64,000 nt of DNA from an uncultured virus (IMG/VR IMGVR_UViG_3300023110_001575). Its lineage: Duplodnaviria; Heunggongvirae; Uroviricota; Caudoviricetes. Each line of letters starts with the position of its first letter. Position 1 is the first letter of the stretch. Shown piece by piece: positions 6,842 to 17,173 of the stretch. The notes beneath the pieces are model-generated. The model was not told the DNA's origin. It searched no databases and was given only the letters and a program-made list of their open reading frames with translations. The DNA lies in the IMG/VR virus record IMGVR_UViG_3300023110_001575, positions 1 to 64,000 of that record. One strand, 5' to 3'. Both the position numbers and the translations under genes were made by a program.

Positions 6842-8613
6842 TCTACCACTTCAATGTCGTTTTCGTATGAAGTAAAGCCATTTTCCTTTACAACCTTTAG
6901 AATATTGTTTACTCTGCCTACTAGTTCGTCTTTATGACTAATCAAATAGATGTTTTTCTGTCTTTCTCTGCCCATCTTCTTTAGTACACTCAAAGAATTC
7001 TCGACACCCTGACTGTCCATACCACTATCAATAAGTTCGTCAATGAATAATAGGTTCAGTCCTTGGTACAATGACTCCCAAACATCACGGAATGCAAAAC
7101 TCATACCAAGTATTAGCCTATTGCGTTCACCTCTTGACAAGTTATCAAAGTCTAAGTCTTGGCCAAGTTGTGTTATTTCAACGGCTAAGTCGTTTTGGAA
7201 TGTAACTTGATGAGGTAAGCCTAACTTATCGAGATAATTCGTAAGCCTGTTGTTTAGATATGCAAGATTTTGATCAATAATCTTCTTTCTTATGAAAGAA
7301 TCTTTGTTTGTTAGTAGTTTTAACAAAAACTCTTGGTGTTCTTTGAAAGTATTCAGTTGATTTATAACTGACCAATCGATATCTTGCAGTGCTGTGTTAG
7401 TTAAATCGTCAATTTGTGCCTGATAAGGGTCTTCTTCTTGCTCTTTACTTAGCAATGTATTCTTTAAGTTATCTACGTTGTTTCTATGTTCATATGCTTC
7501 ACGCATTGTATCATAAAATGTAGTAGGACGACCGTCAATATCACCAATTATACCCAATTCAACAGCGTTATCATCAAATTTATTTTTTATTTCAATGAAA
7601 TATGCTCTGGCATCGGCTAGATCTTTAGTTTTAGTTGCAAGAATCTCTGCTTTCTTAGTTTCATGTAGTTCTTGACCACATGTATAACAAATAGCATCGT
7701 CTAATTCTGCAATGTCTTTAGTAACCTTTTTTACAGACTTGTCTGCACGTTGTAGTGCAGGCTCTAACGTGCTTAATTCTTTTCTAAGAGCCGTTATTTT
7801 GTTGTTTAGTTCTTGCCAATTCTGTAATTGTTCGTGATTTTCAAGTTCTTTTTCAATATCTACTTGTTCTAGTTCTTTAATACCGTTTTTTAACTTTTCA
7901 ATGTCTGTTTTTTGCTTTGTTTTCCATGCAGACTGTCTAGTTCTTAGTGTATTAATACTTTGAGAGATTTTTTCATTAGAAGATTGTATTGCATTAATCT
8001 TTAATTGTTCTTCTGTAATGCTATCTTTGGTATATTTGATTTGTTCTTTAAGATTATCTGCCTTTTCTGATAAAATAGTAATACCTAGCAGTTGCTCAAT
8101 GACTTCACGTTGATCATTTTGTCGCATACTTAGGAAAGGCTCGGTGTATGTGTTCAATGCAACCACGTGCTTGAACATATTGTGACTCATTTCAAGTAAA
8201 CCATTAATAGAGTCTTGTGTTTTACGGCTATCGCCTTGCGATTCGTCAGTTAAATCTTGTTGTTCGTGGTCGTTTACATAAAATTTTAGTACATTAGGCG
8301 ATCTTCCACGTTCAATTCGATAACTGTTTCCACCTTTTTCAAAGTTTAGTGTAACCAACATGCCCTTACTATTGGTTTTGTTAATCAAGTTATTACGCTT
8401 GATGTTTGTTAGTGCTTGGCCGTACAAGGCATAGGACAATGCATTGATTATCGTAGTTTTACCTGTACCGTTGCGTGATCCTGAATCATCACCTCCTTGG
8501 TCTAAGTTTTCACCAAGCACTAGAGTTAACTGTTCACGGTCAAAGTCAACAGCTTGGGTAACATTACCCACACTCATAAAGTTTTTTACGGTTAAATCTT
8601 TAAATTTTATCAT
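6838..8613 (-). CDS. gp46: Recombination endonuclease ATPase subunit (Rad50/SbcC-like)
   Basis: Walker A SRNGTGKTT, coiled coil with CYTC zinc hook, LSRGE signature, Walker B LLFIDE and H-loop LISHK. Confidence 0.95.
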   Translation of the reverse strand: MIKFKDLTVKNFMSVGNVTQAVDFDREQLTLVLGENLDQGGDDSGSRNGTGKTTIINALSYALYGQALTNIKRNNLINKTNSKGMLVTLNFEKGGNSYRIERGRSPNVLKFYVNDHEQQDLTDESQGDSRKTQDSINGLLEMSHNMFKHVVALNTYTEPFLSMRQNDQREVIEQLLGITILSEKADNLKEQIKYTKDSITEEQLKINAIQSSNEKISQSINTLRTRQSAWKTKQKTDIEKLKNGIKELEQVDIEKELENHEQLQNWQELNNKITALRKELSTLEPALQRADKSVKKVTKDIAELDDAICYTCGQELHETKKAEILATKTKDLADARAYFIEIKNKFDDNAVELGIIGDIDGRPTTFYDTMREAYEHRNNVDNLKNTLLSKEQEEDPYQAQIDDLTNTALQDIDWSVINQLNTFKEHQEFLLKLLTNKDSFIRKKIIDQNLAYLNNRLTNYLDKLGLPHQVTFQNDLAVEITQLGQDLDFDNLSRGERNRLILGMSFAFRDVWESLYQGLNLLFIDELIDSGMDSQGVENSLSVLKKMGRERQKNIYLISHKDELVGRVNNILKVVKENGFTSYENDIEVVE

Positions 8614-9623
8614 TATAACTCTTTGTAAATGTCCAACAGCATCTTTTTATTGAAAGATTCAGAGTCAATTGCAAGAATTTCGTTGCTAACAATCTGATCC
8701 ACACTCTCAAACTGTGCAATATCAAGTTCTGTTGTAATTTCTTCAATTTGTTTTTGTGGTATTAGTGTAATTTCTCTACATTTGTACTGATCTATAAATG
8801 TTTCTTTAATAAAACTTGCTTCTTCGTATGAAATAGGAAGGTCAAGTGTTACCCTCAAGTACATATTAGGTTTGATCAGTGTGTCTTTTTCGTCAATCAA
8901 CTGAGATAACTTAACTGTACGAAACTTTGGACAGTCTAGCCAGTTGATATACTCTGGTTCTGCATCGTTCTCACGGTCCAGTATCATCATACCACGGTCA
9001 TCATCCCAAGTATCTGCATAGTTGTGTGGGAAAGCATTACCTATGTAGTGGATCTTGCCCTGCCGTTGACGTTTGTGGAAGTGTCCGCTGAACACATACT
9101 CTTGATTCTTGAAGTGTTGTGACTTTAGTTCACCGTGATCTGGCATCTGCACCATAGCATTCATATAGAAACTAGGTAATTCAAAGTGTCCAAACAAATA
9201 TTTGGCTTGTATCTTCTCTATACGGCGCCATTCATCGCCTACTAACCAAGGAACTAGTGCTACATCTTCTACAACTTGTATTTCGTTAACAACTGTTATA
9301 CCTGGAATGTGTTTTGCCCATTCGGTGCTTTTAACATCACGTTTATCTTTGTAATACAAATCGTGATTGCCTGCAAACATATAAAAGTTTTCAAATGCTG
9401 CACCTAGTTTTTCTAAACTACGAATACCTGCATCCATAGTTGTTAAATTAAGACTATTTCTGTTATGATTCCAGTCACCGCAGAAAATACCAGTCTCGCA
9501 ACCGTTTTCTTTTGCTGTTTCGATGTACCAGTCTATGAAGTTTTCACAATCTTGGTTATGTACTCGTGAATTACCCTTCATACCAAAGTGTATGTCAGTA
9601 AACACTGCTGCTTTTTTAAACAA
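8613..9623 (-). CDS. gp47: Recombination endonuclease nuclease subunit (Mre11/SbcD-like)
   Basis: Metallophosphoesterase motifs TDIHFG, GDW, GNHD, GHFE and SGHFH. Coupled to gp46. TTG start with GGAG RBS. Confidence 0.95.
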   Translation of the reverse strand: MFKKAAVFTDIHFGMKGNSRVHNQDCENFIDWYIETAKENGCETGIFCGDWNHNRNSLNLTTMDAGIRSLEKLGAAFENFYMFAGNHDLYYKDKRDVKSTEWAKHIPGITVVNEIQVVEDVALVPWLVGDEWRRIEKIQAKYLFGHFELPSFYMNAMVQMPDHGELKSQHFKNQEYVFSGHFHKRQRQGKIHYIGNAFPHNYADTWDDDRGMMILDRENDAEPEYINWLDCPKFRTVKLSQLIDEKDTLIKPNMYLRVTLDLPISYEEASFIKETFIDQYKCREITLIPQKQIEEITTELDIAQFESVDQIVSNEILAIDSESFNKKMLLDIYKEL

Positions 9624-9646
9624 ATTTATACTCCGTATTGAGTTTT

Positions 9647-9675
9647 ATTATAAGATCAAAGGAAAACAAAGTCAA
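9647..9675 (-). promoter_or_regulatory. Sigma70-type (early) promoter for gp47-gp46
   Basis: Minus strand reads TTGACT-N17-TATAAT, ending about 24 nt upstream of the gp47 start. Confidence 0.8.
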
Positions 9676-9678
9676 CTA

Positions 9679-10506
9679 TTATTTTTTTGAGTCTTCTTCC
9701 CAACGTGCCTTAGAACGTTCGTGTTCGCCTTGGCTTTGTCTTGTGTAACTTGGGTTGAGATTGTTCATTTCTAGGATATCATCTCTAATATTTTGATTTC
9801 GTTTTTCTAAATTAATTACTCTTACAAATGAATTTGTAACTGCGGCTGTATAATAAGCAAATGGGTTTTGTGATTTTGATTCATCAAACTGCAAACCAAT
9901 TTGTGATAATTGCAAAATAGCCTGACCTTTCATTTCGTCATTGTACGTGTAGCCACGCACATTTCCTCTAGTTGCATATCTTTCACACAATTTCATCCAC
10001 ATCATTGCTAATTTGTTTGTAGCCATACCGTGTGTTTTGTCAAAATGTCCATTTTCCATTCCACCTGTCCAATGGCTTTTGCCTACACAGACAAGTTCAT
10101 CGTTTTCGTTAAACTTGTAGTGCTGAAATGGAGGAAAATTCAATTTTGTTTTAGTATCTGCAATAGTTTTAGGATTTTTCTTACGTCCTGGTTCTTCTGG
10201 AACATGATCAAACGTCATAATACGAAAAATTAGTTCATATTTGCTAATTTTACGGTAATCAACTTCGCATTCGGAGAGTTTTTTCTTGCGTCCAGCAGCT
10301 TTTTCTGCTTCATAAATTCTTTGTGTTTGTTTTTTTGCTTTGTTCTTTTTTGCCTCAGCAATTGTTCTAATGTTTACCTTTTCAATACTAGGTAAAATGA
10401 TATCATAATCAGCATAACTATTATCAGTATAACTGCAAAAAGTATTTTTTGATTTGTGTATCTCGGCTAGAATGTCCTTGTTGTTTAAATAATTGACTTT
10501 TTTCAT
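9679..10506 (-). CDS. gp55: Late-transcription sigma factor
   Basis: NYLNNKDILAEI N-terminus, RGYTYNDEM, FDESKSQNPFAYYTAAVTNSFVRVINLEKR. Sits next to gp47/gp46 as in T4-like phages. Start set at ATG 10506 after a GGAGA RBS. Confidence 0.85.
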   Translation of the reverse strand: MKKVNYLNNKDILAEIHKSKNTFCSYTDNSYADYDIILPSIEKVNIRTIAEAKKNKAKKQTQRIYEAEKAAGRKKKLSECEVDYRKISKYELIFRIMTFDHVPEEPGRKKNPKTIADTKTKLNFPPFQHYKFNENDELVCVGKSHWTGGMENGHFDKTHGMATNKLAMMWMKLCERYATRGNVRGYTYNDEMKGQAILQLSQIGLQFDESKSQNPFAYYTAAVTNSFVRVINLEKRNQNIRDDILEMNNLNPSYTRQSQGEHERSKARWEEDSKK

Positions 10507-10529
10507 TTTTTCTCCAAGTTGATACACAT

Positions 10530-10558
10530 ATAATAATATATGTATTTAATTTTGTCAA
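10530..10558 (-). promoter_or_regulatory. Sigma70-type promoter for gp55 with an embedded TAAATA
   Basis: Minus strand reads TTGACA-N17-TATTAT, and the spacer contains TAAATA (10548-10543). Confidence 0.65.
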
Positions 10559-10559
10559 C

Positions 10560-10565
10560 TAAATA
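10560..10565 (+). promoter_or_regulatory. Late promoter core TAAATA for the baseplate operon
   Basis: TAAATA directly upstream of the AGGAG RBS and ATG 10584, in the divergent intergenic gap. Confidence 0.6.
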
Positions 10566-10583
10566 TATGTAGGAGATTCGATT

Positions 10584-11612
10584 ATGGGAATAGTAAGAGA
10601 TAGCAAAGGGAATCCTGTTAGAGACAGTAGCGGTAATGCAGTTAGAACAGGCACTTCTCGAGGAAATTCGCCTGCACAAAGAAACAATGCACAGCCTCTT
10701 GATCCAAGAGTTGCTAGTGCTGTAAACGCAGGCGCAAATCAATTTCTTCAAACAGCATCAGGTAGAATTAAAAATCCTTTTTTAAAATCATTGTTTAATT
10801 TAGGTGCTGCTGCAATGAAAAGTGAAATGCGTAAAAGCACATCTCTTAACACTCTTACTAATAGACAAAATCAAATTAGCACACAAAGACAAAACTCGTA
10901 TGGTTTATCAACTAATGTAGCAAAGTCATCTTATGCAGCCAACAGTAGATCTACTACAGATGATTGGCGTGTTAAAATTAAATTACCTAATATTTCAAGT
11001 TTTCAGACTAGTCCACAACTAAATCCTTTGGTTGTTAAAACAGACGGATACATGGTATTTCCAACATTACCGCAACTTCTTGTTACACATGGAGCAAACT
11101 ATGATGTAATGAGTCCAACTCATACAAATTATGGCTATCAAATCTATCAAAACAGTCAAGTTGAAGATTTGACAATTGCTTGTGAATGGCCAGTAGAAAA
11201 CGAACAAGATGGATTGTATTGGATAGCAGCAACACACTTTTTAAGAAGTGTTTCTAAAATGTTTTACGGTAGTGATGCACAAAGTAATTTAGGTGCTCCG
11301 CCGCCTGTTGTTGAATTGTCAGGATATGGCGACTTTATATTTCCAAATGTTCCGATTGTAATTAAAATGTTCTCTTTAGATCTAAATGATGGTGTTGATT
11401 ATATCAAAGTACCATTGTACAATAGGTCTCAATTTGATGGAACAGCAGAAACTTACGGCGCAAGTCAAGGATATGATTATAGTTACGTTCCGACACTAAG
11501 CAGATTGTCAATTGTTGCAGGTATTGCACTAAGCAGAAATGAAGTAAGTCAGTTTAACTTAGACAGTTATGTGCAAGGCGATTATATTCAAGGTAATGGG
11601 AGATTTATCTAA
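10584..11612 (+). CDS. Baseplate-tail tube initiator/cap protein (gp48/gp54-like)
   Basis: C-terminal tube-initiator-like region (HFLRSVSKMFYG...GAPPPVVELSGYG.FIFPNVPIVIK) and position immediately before the gp53-like gene. Confidence 0.6.
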   Translation: MGIVRDSKGNPVRDSSGNAVRTGTSRGNSPAQRNNAQPLDPRVASAVNAGANQFLQTASGRIKNPFLKSLFNLGAAAMKSEMRKSTSLNTLTNRQNQISTQRQNSYGLSTNVAKSSYAANSRSTTDDWRVKIKLPNISSFQTSPQLNPLVVKTDGYMVFPTLPQLLVTHGANYDVMSPTHTNYGYQIYQNSQVEDLTIACEWPVENEQDGLYWIAATHFLRSVSKMFYGSDAQSNLGAPPPVVELSGYGDFIFPNVPIVIKMFSLDLNDGVDYIKVPLYNRSQFDGTAETYGASQGYDYSYVPTLSRLSIVAGIALSRNEVSQFNLDSYVQGDYIQGNGRFI

Positions 11613-11911
11613 TGCCATATGCAAACACTAGTCCATATTCACAAACAAAATATACTAGAAACGGAGCATTAGGTATATTTTCACCTAGATTTATACCCGA
11701 AACAGAAGACGATATTTTATATACAATAGAACCTGTTTATAATTATAGACCAGACTTGCTTGCTTTTGATGTGTACGAAACACCTAAACTATGGTGGGTA
11801 TTTGCACAACGTAATATGGATATTTTAAAAGATCCTGTATTTGATTTTAAAACAGGAACACAAATATATTTGCCAAAAAAATCTACATTGTTATCAGTAT
11901 TAGGAGTTTAG
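11612..11911 (+). CDS. gp53: Baseplate wedge protein, LysM-like fold
   Basis: YRPDLLAFDVYETPKLWWVFAQRN...DPVFDF..G..IYLP is the characteristic gp53/LysM-like pattern. Confidence 0.8.
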   Translation: MPYANTSPYSQTKYTRNGALGIFSPRFIPETEDDILYTIEPVYNYRPDLLAFDVYETPKLWWVFAQRNMDILKDPVFDFKTGTQIYLPKKSTLLSVLGV

Positions 11912-11912
11912 T

Positions 11913-14678
11913 ATGGCGATGCAGCCAAATATATTAAACCAATTTAGGAGTTGCAACTATAGATGGTCTCTTGGAGTTTTAGAACCTCAAGATTACAACG
12001 AAAGTGGTTTTTTAAATTATAAACCAAACCTTATTATTAGAGATGGCGGCATCGGTCAAAAAACTGTTTTAACAGAATTAGAAAAACAATACGGACAAGT
12101 TGAATTTTTTATGGATGATGTTGAAATAGAAGGGTTGTATAATCCAAATCCTGCAACAGGTACAACAAATAATGTAACATTTCAATTTAATGTTTACGAA
12201 CCATACAGTGTTGGGTTGTTTTTACAAGCACTTGCAATTGGTGCGTTGCAAGCAGGGTATGCGAATTATATTGAAGCACCGTTTTATATTTCTGTAGATT
12301 GGATCGGACATACAGATCAAGGAGAGCATGGCAAAACGGTAAGTAGTAGAGGTTATGCAATTAAATGGGTTGATATACAATTCAGTGTAGATGCAGGAGG
12401 AGCAAATTATAGTTGCACTGCTACACCTTTCAACCATTTAAATTTACTAGACCAAATTGCTAATATGCAGACTACAACAAGTATTTCTGGTACAAGTGTT
12501 GTAGAGGTTTTACAAAAAGGTGATAATAGTTTAACTTCTAGTCTAAATAGAATAGAAGAAAAGGCAGTTAGAGAAGGCAAGAAACTTGTAGGCGATAGAT
12601 ATACAATTGTTTTTCCAAAAAATCCTGAAGGCGGCTTAATTAATGAAGATGATATTTTTATTCCCGAAATTGATCCTGTTCTAAATGCACCTATAGGATA
12701 TTTTCAAGGAGCAGTTGATCCTGCACTTGCAAGAGCACAAAAAGATTCCTTACGCAGACAATTAGACACTGTGATTTCTAATATAGATGCACTGGATGAT
12801 TTATCAGGGGTTGGAGATCGTGCAATTTCAGAAGCAGCACGAGCAAATTTAGAAAAAGAAAGACAAGAGATACAATCTCGTCTTAATGGTCCTGCTACAC
12901 CTACAGTAACAGATACAGGATTAGGAATACCAGGTAGGATAGAATCTTTTAGAGCAGCTGAGCAATCTGGCAATGTTCAGTATGGAGATTTCTCAGCAGC
13001 AGATGTTACACTGTTCCAAGATGCAAATTCTAATTACATCGGAAACAGTCCTATTGTAAGAACATTTGAAGATCCTGGCAACATACGTTTTGCATTTGAA
13101 AACAGTAGTTGGGATGAAACTACAAGAACAATTAGAGATGCTCAATTTACAATTGATCCGTTGACAAGAGATTTTGTATTTCCGCAAAATACAAGTATAC
13201 CGATAATAATTGAAGATGTAATTTTAACTAGTGAATGGGGAAGAAGTTTAATTGAACAATATCCTGATTCTGATGGTATGATGACATGGTTTAAAATCGA
13301 TGTAAAAAACAGAATACTTGATACTATTGAAATGACAAAAAGTGGTAGATCTGCTATGGAGTTTCAGTACATTGTAATTCCTTATAAAGTACATTCTAGT
13401 GTTTTTGGTGCTCCTACAATTCAAACTAATTATTCGCAAAGGGCGTTAAATTTAGACAAAGGATATTTTTATTCTTATACTGGAAGAAATACTGATATTA
13501 TTGATTTTAATTTTACAATTGATAATAGTTTTCACAAACCTTGGACTAATATACAATCAGGAGAAGATAGCGATGTACCAAATGTTACAAATAATAAAGT
13601 AACTTCAAAATCAGGTACTAACATTCCTCCTAATGCAAATGCTGGAATTAGGAATGTAGTATATCCATATACATTAGATATGGCAAATTCAGGCGGCGCG
13701 AGGATAAGCACGAACACTAGAAGAATAGCAGAACTTTTTAATAATTTAATTCTTAACAGTGATACAGAAAATGTGTCATTAGAATTAACAATTTGGGGAG
13801 ATCCTTACTATATGGCAGAATCTGATGCAAGTAATTTTAGATTACCTGCTGATCAATCTAGATCATATGTTGCTGGAAATGTTCAAGCACCGTTTGTTTA
13901 TGAACAAGTAGATATTCTTGTGTATTTTAGAACTGGATTTGACTATAGACAAGGACAAATGGTAATAGACTCTTTACAACAGTTTACAGGTTTATATAAT
14001 ATTGTTACTGTTAGAAATAGTTTTTCGAAAGGCAGATTTACACAAACACTGGAATTAGTAAGACGTCCAGGACAAGACGAACAAACACTTAATTCTATTG
14101 CAAGTTTGTTTGATGAAAATCTTTCTGGAGATTTAGCAACACAATTAATTAACCAATCGATTATAAATGTAGTAGATGACTTTAATAAAATACTTGAAAG
14201 ACTACCACAAGAATATTTGAAAGTTACAGGATTGGAAAGAATAGATATACAAAAAGTTGTATCTGCAAGTGTAGATAATTTGTTCCAAAGAACAGGCGGA
14301 GAATATGGTGATTTTGTAGGATTTTTTAGAGACGTAACAACAAATGCACTTGCACCTGCAATAAATGTTCTAGGAGGAAATGTTAGCGATTTAGGAAATT
14401 TCCAACTACCAAATGAAGTTGGATCTAATGCATTAAATCAACTTCGACAGAAGGTGTTAGAAAGAGGTGCAGTAGACGGATCAGAAATTGCTCAAGATAT
14501 TTTTAAGGCAAAAATGGAAGCATTAGATGGAGCAATAGAAACAGCAATAAGTGGAGCATTAGACGAAGCAGCAAATCAAGTTGCACCTGTGCTAAATGAT
14601 ATTGTAACAGCAGGAAAAAATGCAGCACCTGATGTGTATAATACTGCAAGAAAAATGACAAGAGGATTTTTCACATAA
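11913..14678 (+). CDS. Baseplate hub protein (gp27 / Mu gp44-like) with insertions
   Basis: LELTIWGDPYY and FTGLYNIVTVRNSFSKGRFTQTLELVR hub-type motifs. Located between gp53 and gp5. Confidence 0.65.
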   Translation: MAMQPNILNQFRSCNYRWSLGVLEPQDYNESGFLNYKPNLIIRDGGIGQKTVLTELEKQYGQVEFFMDDVEIEGLYNPNPATGTTNNVTFQFNVYEPYSVGLFLQALAIGALQAGYANYIEAPFYISVDWIGHTDQGEHGKTVSSRGYAIKWVDIQFSVDAGGANYSCTATPFNHLNLLDQIANMQTTTSISGTSVVEVLQKGDNSLTSSLNRIEEKAVREGKKLVGDRYTIVFPKNPEGGLINEDDIFIPEIDPVLNAPIGYFQGAVDPALARAQKDSLRRQLDTVISNIDALDDLSGVGDRAISEAARANLEKERQEIQSRLNGPATPTVTDTGLGIPGRIESFRAAEQSGNVQYGDFSAADVTLFQDANSNYIGNSPIVRTFEDPGNIRFAFENSSWDETTRTIRDAQFTIDPLTRDFVFPQNTSIPIIIEDVILTSEWGRSLIEQYPDSDGMMTWFKIDVKNRILDTIEMTKSGRSAMEFQYIVIPYKVHSSVFGAPTIQTNYSQRALNLDKGYFYSYTGRNTDIIDFNFTIDNSFHKPWTNIQSGEDSDVPNVTNNKVTSKSGTNIPPNANAGIRNVVYPYTLDMANSGGARISTNTRRIAELFNNLILNSDTENVSLELTIWGDPYYMAESDASNFRLPADQSRSYVAGNVQAPFVYEQVDILVYFRTGFDYRQGQMVIDSLQQFTGLYNIVTVRNSFSKGRFTQTLELVRRPGQDEQTLNSIASLFDENLSGDLATQLINQSIINVVDDFNKILERLPQEYLKVTGLERIDIQKVVSASVDNLFQRTGGEYGDFVGFFRDVTTNALAPAINVLGGNVSDLGNFQLPNEVGSNALNQLRQKVLERGAVDGSEIAQDIFKAKMEALDGAIETAISGALDEAANQVAPVLNDIVTAGKNAAPDVYNTARKMTRGFFT

Positions 14679-17170
14679 TGATAGCACCTAAACCTATAAG
14701 AACAGAACTTGGTAGAACTAGTAGAGAAGCAGCGCAACCGCATACTCCTGGTACATATCTTGCTAAAGTTGTAAGTCATTTAGATCAAAGATTTATGGGC
14801 GCTCTTAGAGTGCAAATTATTAAGACAAGATCTAGTGCTGATGACGATTCAGATCCTGGACAAGTTGTTGATGCATTTTATGCAAGTCCGTTTTTTGGTA
14901 CCACACCACTTACAGGTGCAACAGGACCAAACGATTATACTCATACACAACAAAGTTACGGATTTTGGGCAGTACCGCCAGATCCTGGATCACGTGTTCT
15001 TGTAACATTTGTCGAAGGCAGACATGACTATTGTTTTTGGTTTGCATGTGTGCCAGATGAATATATGAATTTTACTGTGCCTGCAGGTAATACTGCAACT
15101 GCTGTTACAGATCCTACAATGACACCTGGTACACTACTCGGTAAAAAATTACCAGTGGGAGAGTACAATAAAAATAGAGTAGATCCGCAAGGACAAAAAC
15201 AACCAACATACTATCCTAAACCTCCAAATGATAGGATAACAGATCAATTGTTTAAAGCAGGTTTATTAGATGATGATACAAGAGGACTAACAACAAGCGG
15301 TGCAAGACGTGAAGCACCTAGTAATGTATATGGAATGAACACTCCGGGCCCACTTTATAAAGGTCCTGGTGCTCCTAGAGTAGATAAAGGTGTTGCAGGT
15401 GCTACAGCATCTATGTTCTCAAGTAGGATAGGCGGCCATAGTATTGTTATGGACGACGGCGATGAAAAAATACTACGTAGAGGTCCTGCACGTGAAACAC
15501 CATCTGAATATGTGCCTTTAGAACAAAACGAAGGTGGCGGTAATTATGAAATACCTGCAAATGAACTGTTTAGAATTCGTACTCGCACAGGACATCAAAT
15601 TTTATTACATAACAGTGAAGATTTAATTTACATAGGAAACGCAGGAGGCACTGCATGGATTGAACTTACAGCAAATGGAAAAATTGACATTTATTCTCAT
15701 GATAGTGTAAGTATACACTCTGAAAACGATTTAAATTTTGTTGCTGATAGAGACATTAATTTAACTGCCTATGAAGATATGAATATCATAGTTGGTAAAG
15801 AATTAAGAATAGATGCTGGAGATCAAATAGGACTAACAAGTGGTGCAAAAATTGCAGCAAATGCTGAAGAAGGTATTAGTTTATCTGCTGGTACGTTTTT
15901 AGCAGGATATGCACCTGATAATGTAAGTTTTATTTCCCAAAACACAGCAGACTTTTTAGCAGAATCTACAGTTAATATCGGATCAGCCGCAGGAGAAGTT
16001 GCGATTGAAGGTTGTTCTTATGTTAAAATTGCAACTGACGGTGATTTCCATACAAAAGCATTGGGAACAATTTTTATGCAAAGTGATGAATCTAGCATTA
16101 ATTTGTTAGCAAAACTTTCAACAAAAATTACTGCTGATAATACTGTAGAAATTAAAAGCACAGGTGCTGCAATGAAACTTTATTCCGCAGCAACAATGAG
16201 TTTAAAAGCAGACGGAGCAAATATACAAGCAACAGGAACTAATATTCATCTTAACACAGCAGGAAGTCCTGCAGATACTGCTAGTAATGCACAAGCAGCA
16301 ACACTTCCTGCTGTACCTGATCCTGCGCTGCCTGAAAGTCCTGCAAGAGCAAAACAAGCCGCAAGACAACCAATGCACGAACCTTGGTATCAGCACGAAA
16401 ATCTAAATCCAACGGAATATACTCCAGAAAAAACAAGAGCAGGTCAACAGCAAATTGATACATTTGTTGATGCTGTGCCTGATACTTATTTGCCTCCACA
16501 AAATCAGCCATCGGTTGGCAGAACACAAAGTCAGCAGCGTCCACAACAAGATTTTGCAGGACCTCCTGGCGCATATACAGATCCAAATGCTAATGTACCT
16601 AGAGCACAAGGCGGAACACCAGCAGAACCTTTAACTGCTGCACCTGGGCGTATTCCTGGATTCACAGAACAAGAAACATTAATTTATCTAAATGCTCTAG
16701 GTCAAAGAGAAAGTGGAAATTCATATGACGTTGTAAACAGTATATGTTTTGCAGGAAAATACCAATTTGGACACGCTGCACTTGAAGACATGGGATATAT
16801 TAGATCGGGAACATTTGCAAGAGGGTTAAGAAACTGCACTGTTATGCGTGATTCTTCATTCTGGACAGGAAGAGACGGCATTTCAAGTTTACAAGATTGG
16901 CTAGGCAGTCCAGATGTTCAAGAAGCAACAATAATTAGATACACAACACAAAATTTAAATACACTACGTAGAATTGACGCTTTGTTTGCAGGCGATAGTG
17001 TAAGTGTTATTTCAGGATTGCTAATGGCAGCACACCTTAAAGGCCCAGGAGATGTAAAAGATTGGCGAGTCGGTAATTTAGTAAATCCTGATGCATATGG
17101 AACTACAGTGCAAGCTTATTATAATTTAGGAAGGTCGACAATTTCAAATGAAACAGTATGGAGTGCATAA
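14678..17170 (+). CDS. gp5: Baseplate central spike with C-terminal lysozyme-like domain
   Basis: N-terminal OB-fold motif (GFWAVPPDPGSRVLVTFVEG), RTRTGHQILLH, beta-helix repeats, Pro/Gln-rich linker and a C-terminal LGQRESGNSY...GKYQFG muramidase-like motif. Confidence 0.8.
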   Translation: MIAPKPIRTELGRTSREAAQPHTPGTYLAKVVSHLDQRFMGALRVQIIKTRSSADDDSDPGQVVDAFYASPFFGTTPLTGATGPNDYTHTQQSYGFWAVPPDPGSRVLVTFVEGRHDYCFWFACVPDEYMNFTVPAGNTATAVTDPTMTPGTLLGKKLPVGEYNKNRVDPQGQKQPTYYPKPPNDRITDQLFKAGLLDDDTRGLTTSGARREAPSNVYGMNTPGPLYKGPGAPRVDKGVAGATASMFSSRIGGHSIVMDDGDEKILRRGPARETPSEYVPLEQNEGGGNYEIPANELFRIRTRTGHQILLHNSEDLIYIGNAGGTAWIELTANGKIDIYSHDSVSIHSENDLNFVADRDINLTAYEDMNIIVGKELRIDAGDQIGLTSGAKIAANAEEGISLSAGTFLAGYAPDNVSFISQNTADFLAESTVNIGSAAGEVAIEGCSYVKIATDGDFHTKALGTIFMQSDESSINLLAKLSTKITADNTVEIKSTGAAMKLYSAATMSLKADGANIQATGTNIHLNTAGSPADTASNAQAATLPAVPDPALPESPARAKQAARQPMHEPWYQHENLNPTEYTPEKTRAGQQQIDTFVDAVPDTYLPPQNQPSVGRTQSQQRPQQDFAGPPGAYTDPNANVPRAQGGTPAEPLTAAPGRIPGFTEQETLIYLNALGQRESGNSYDVVNSICFAGKYQFGHAALEDMGYIRSGTFARGLRNCTVMRDSSFWTGRDGISSLQDWLGSPDVQEATIIRYTTQNLNTLRRIDALFAGDSVSVISGLLMAAHLKGPGDVKDWRVGNLVNPDAYGTTVQAYYNLGRSTISNETVWSA

Positions 17171-17173
17171 AAA

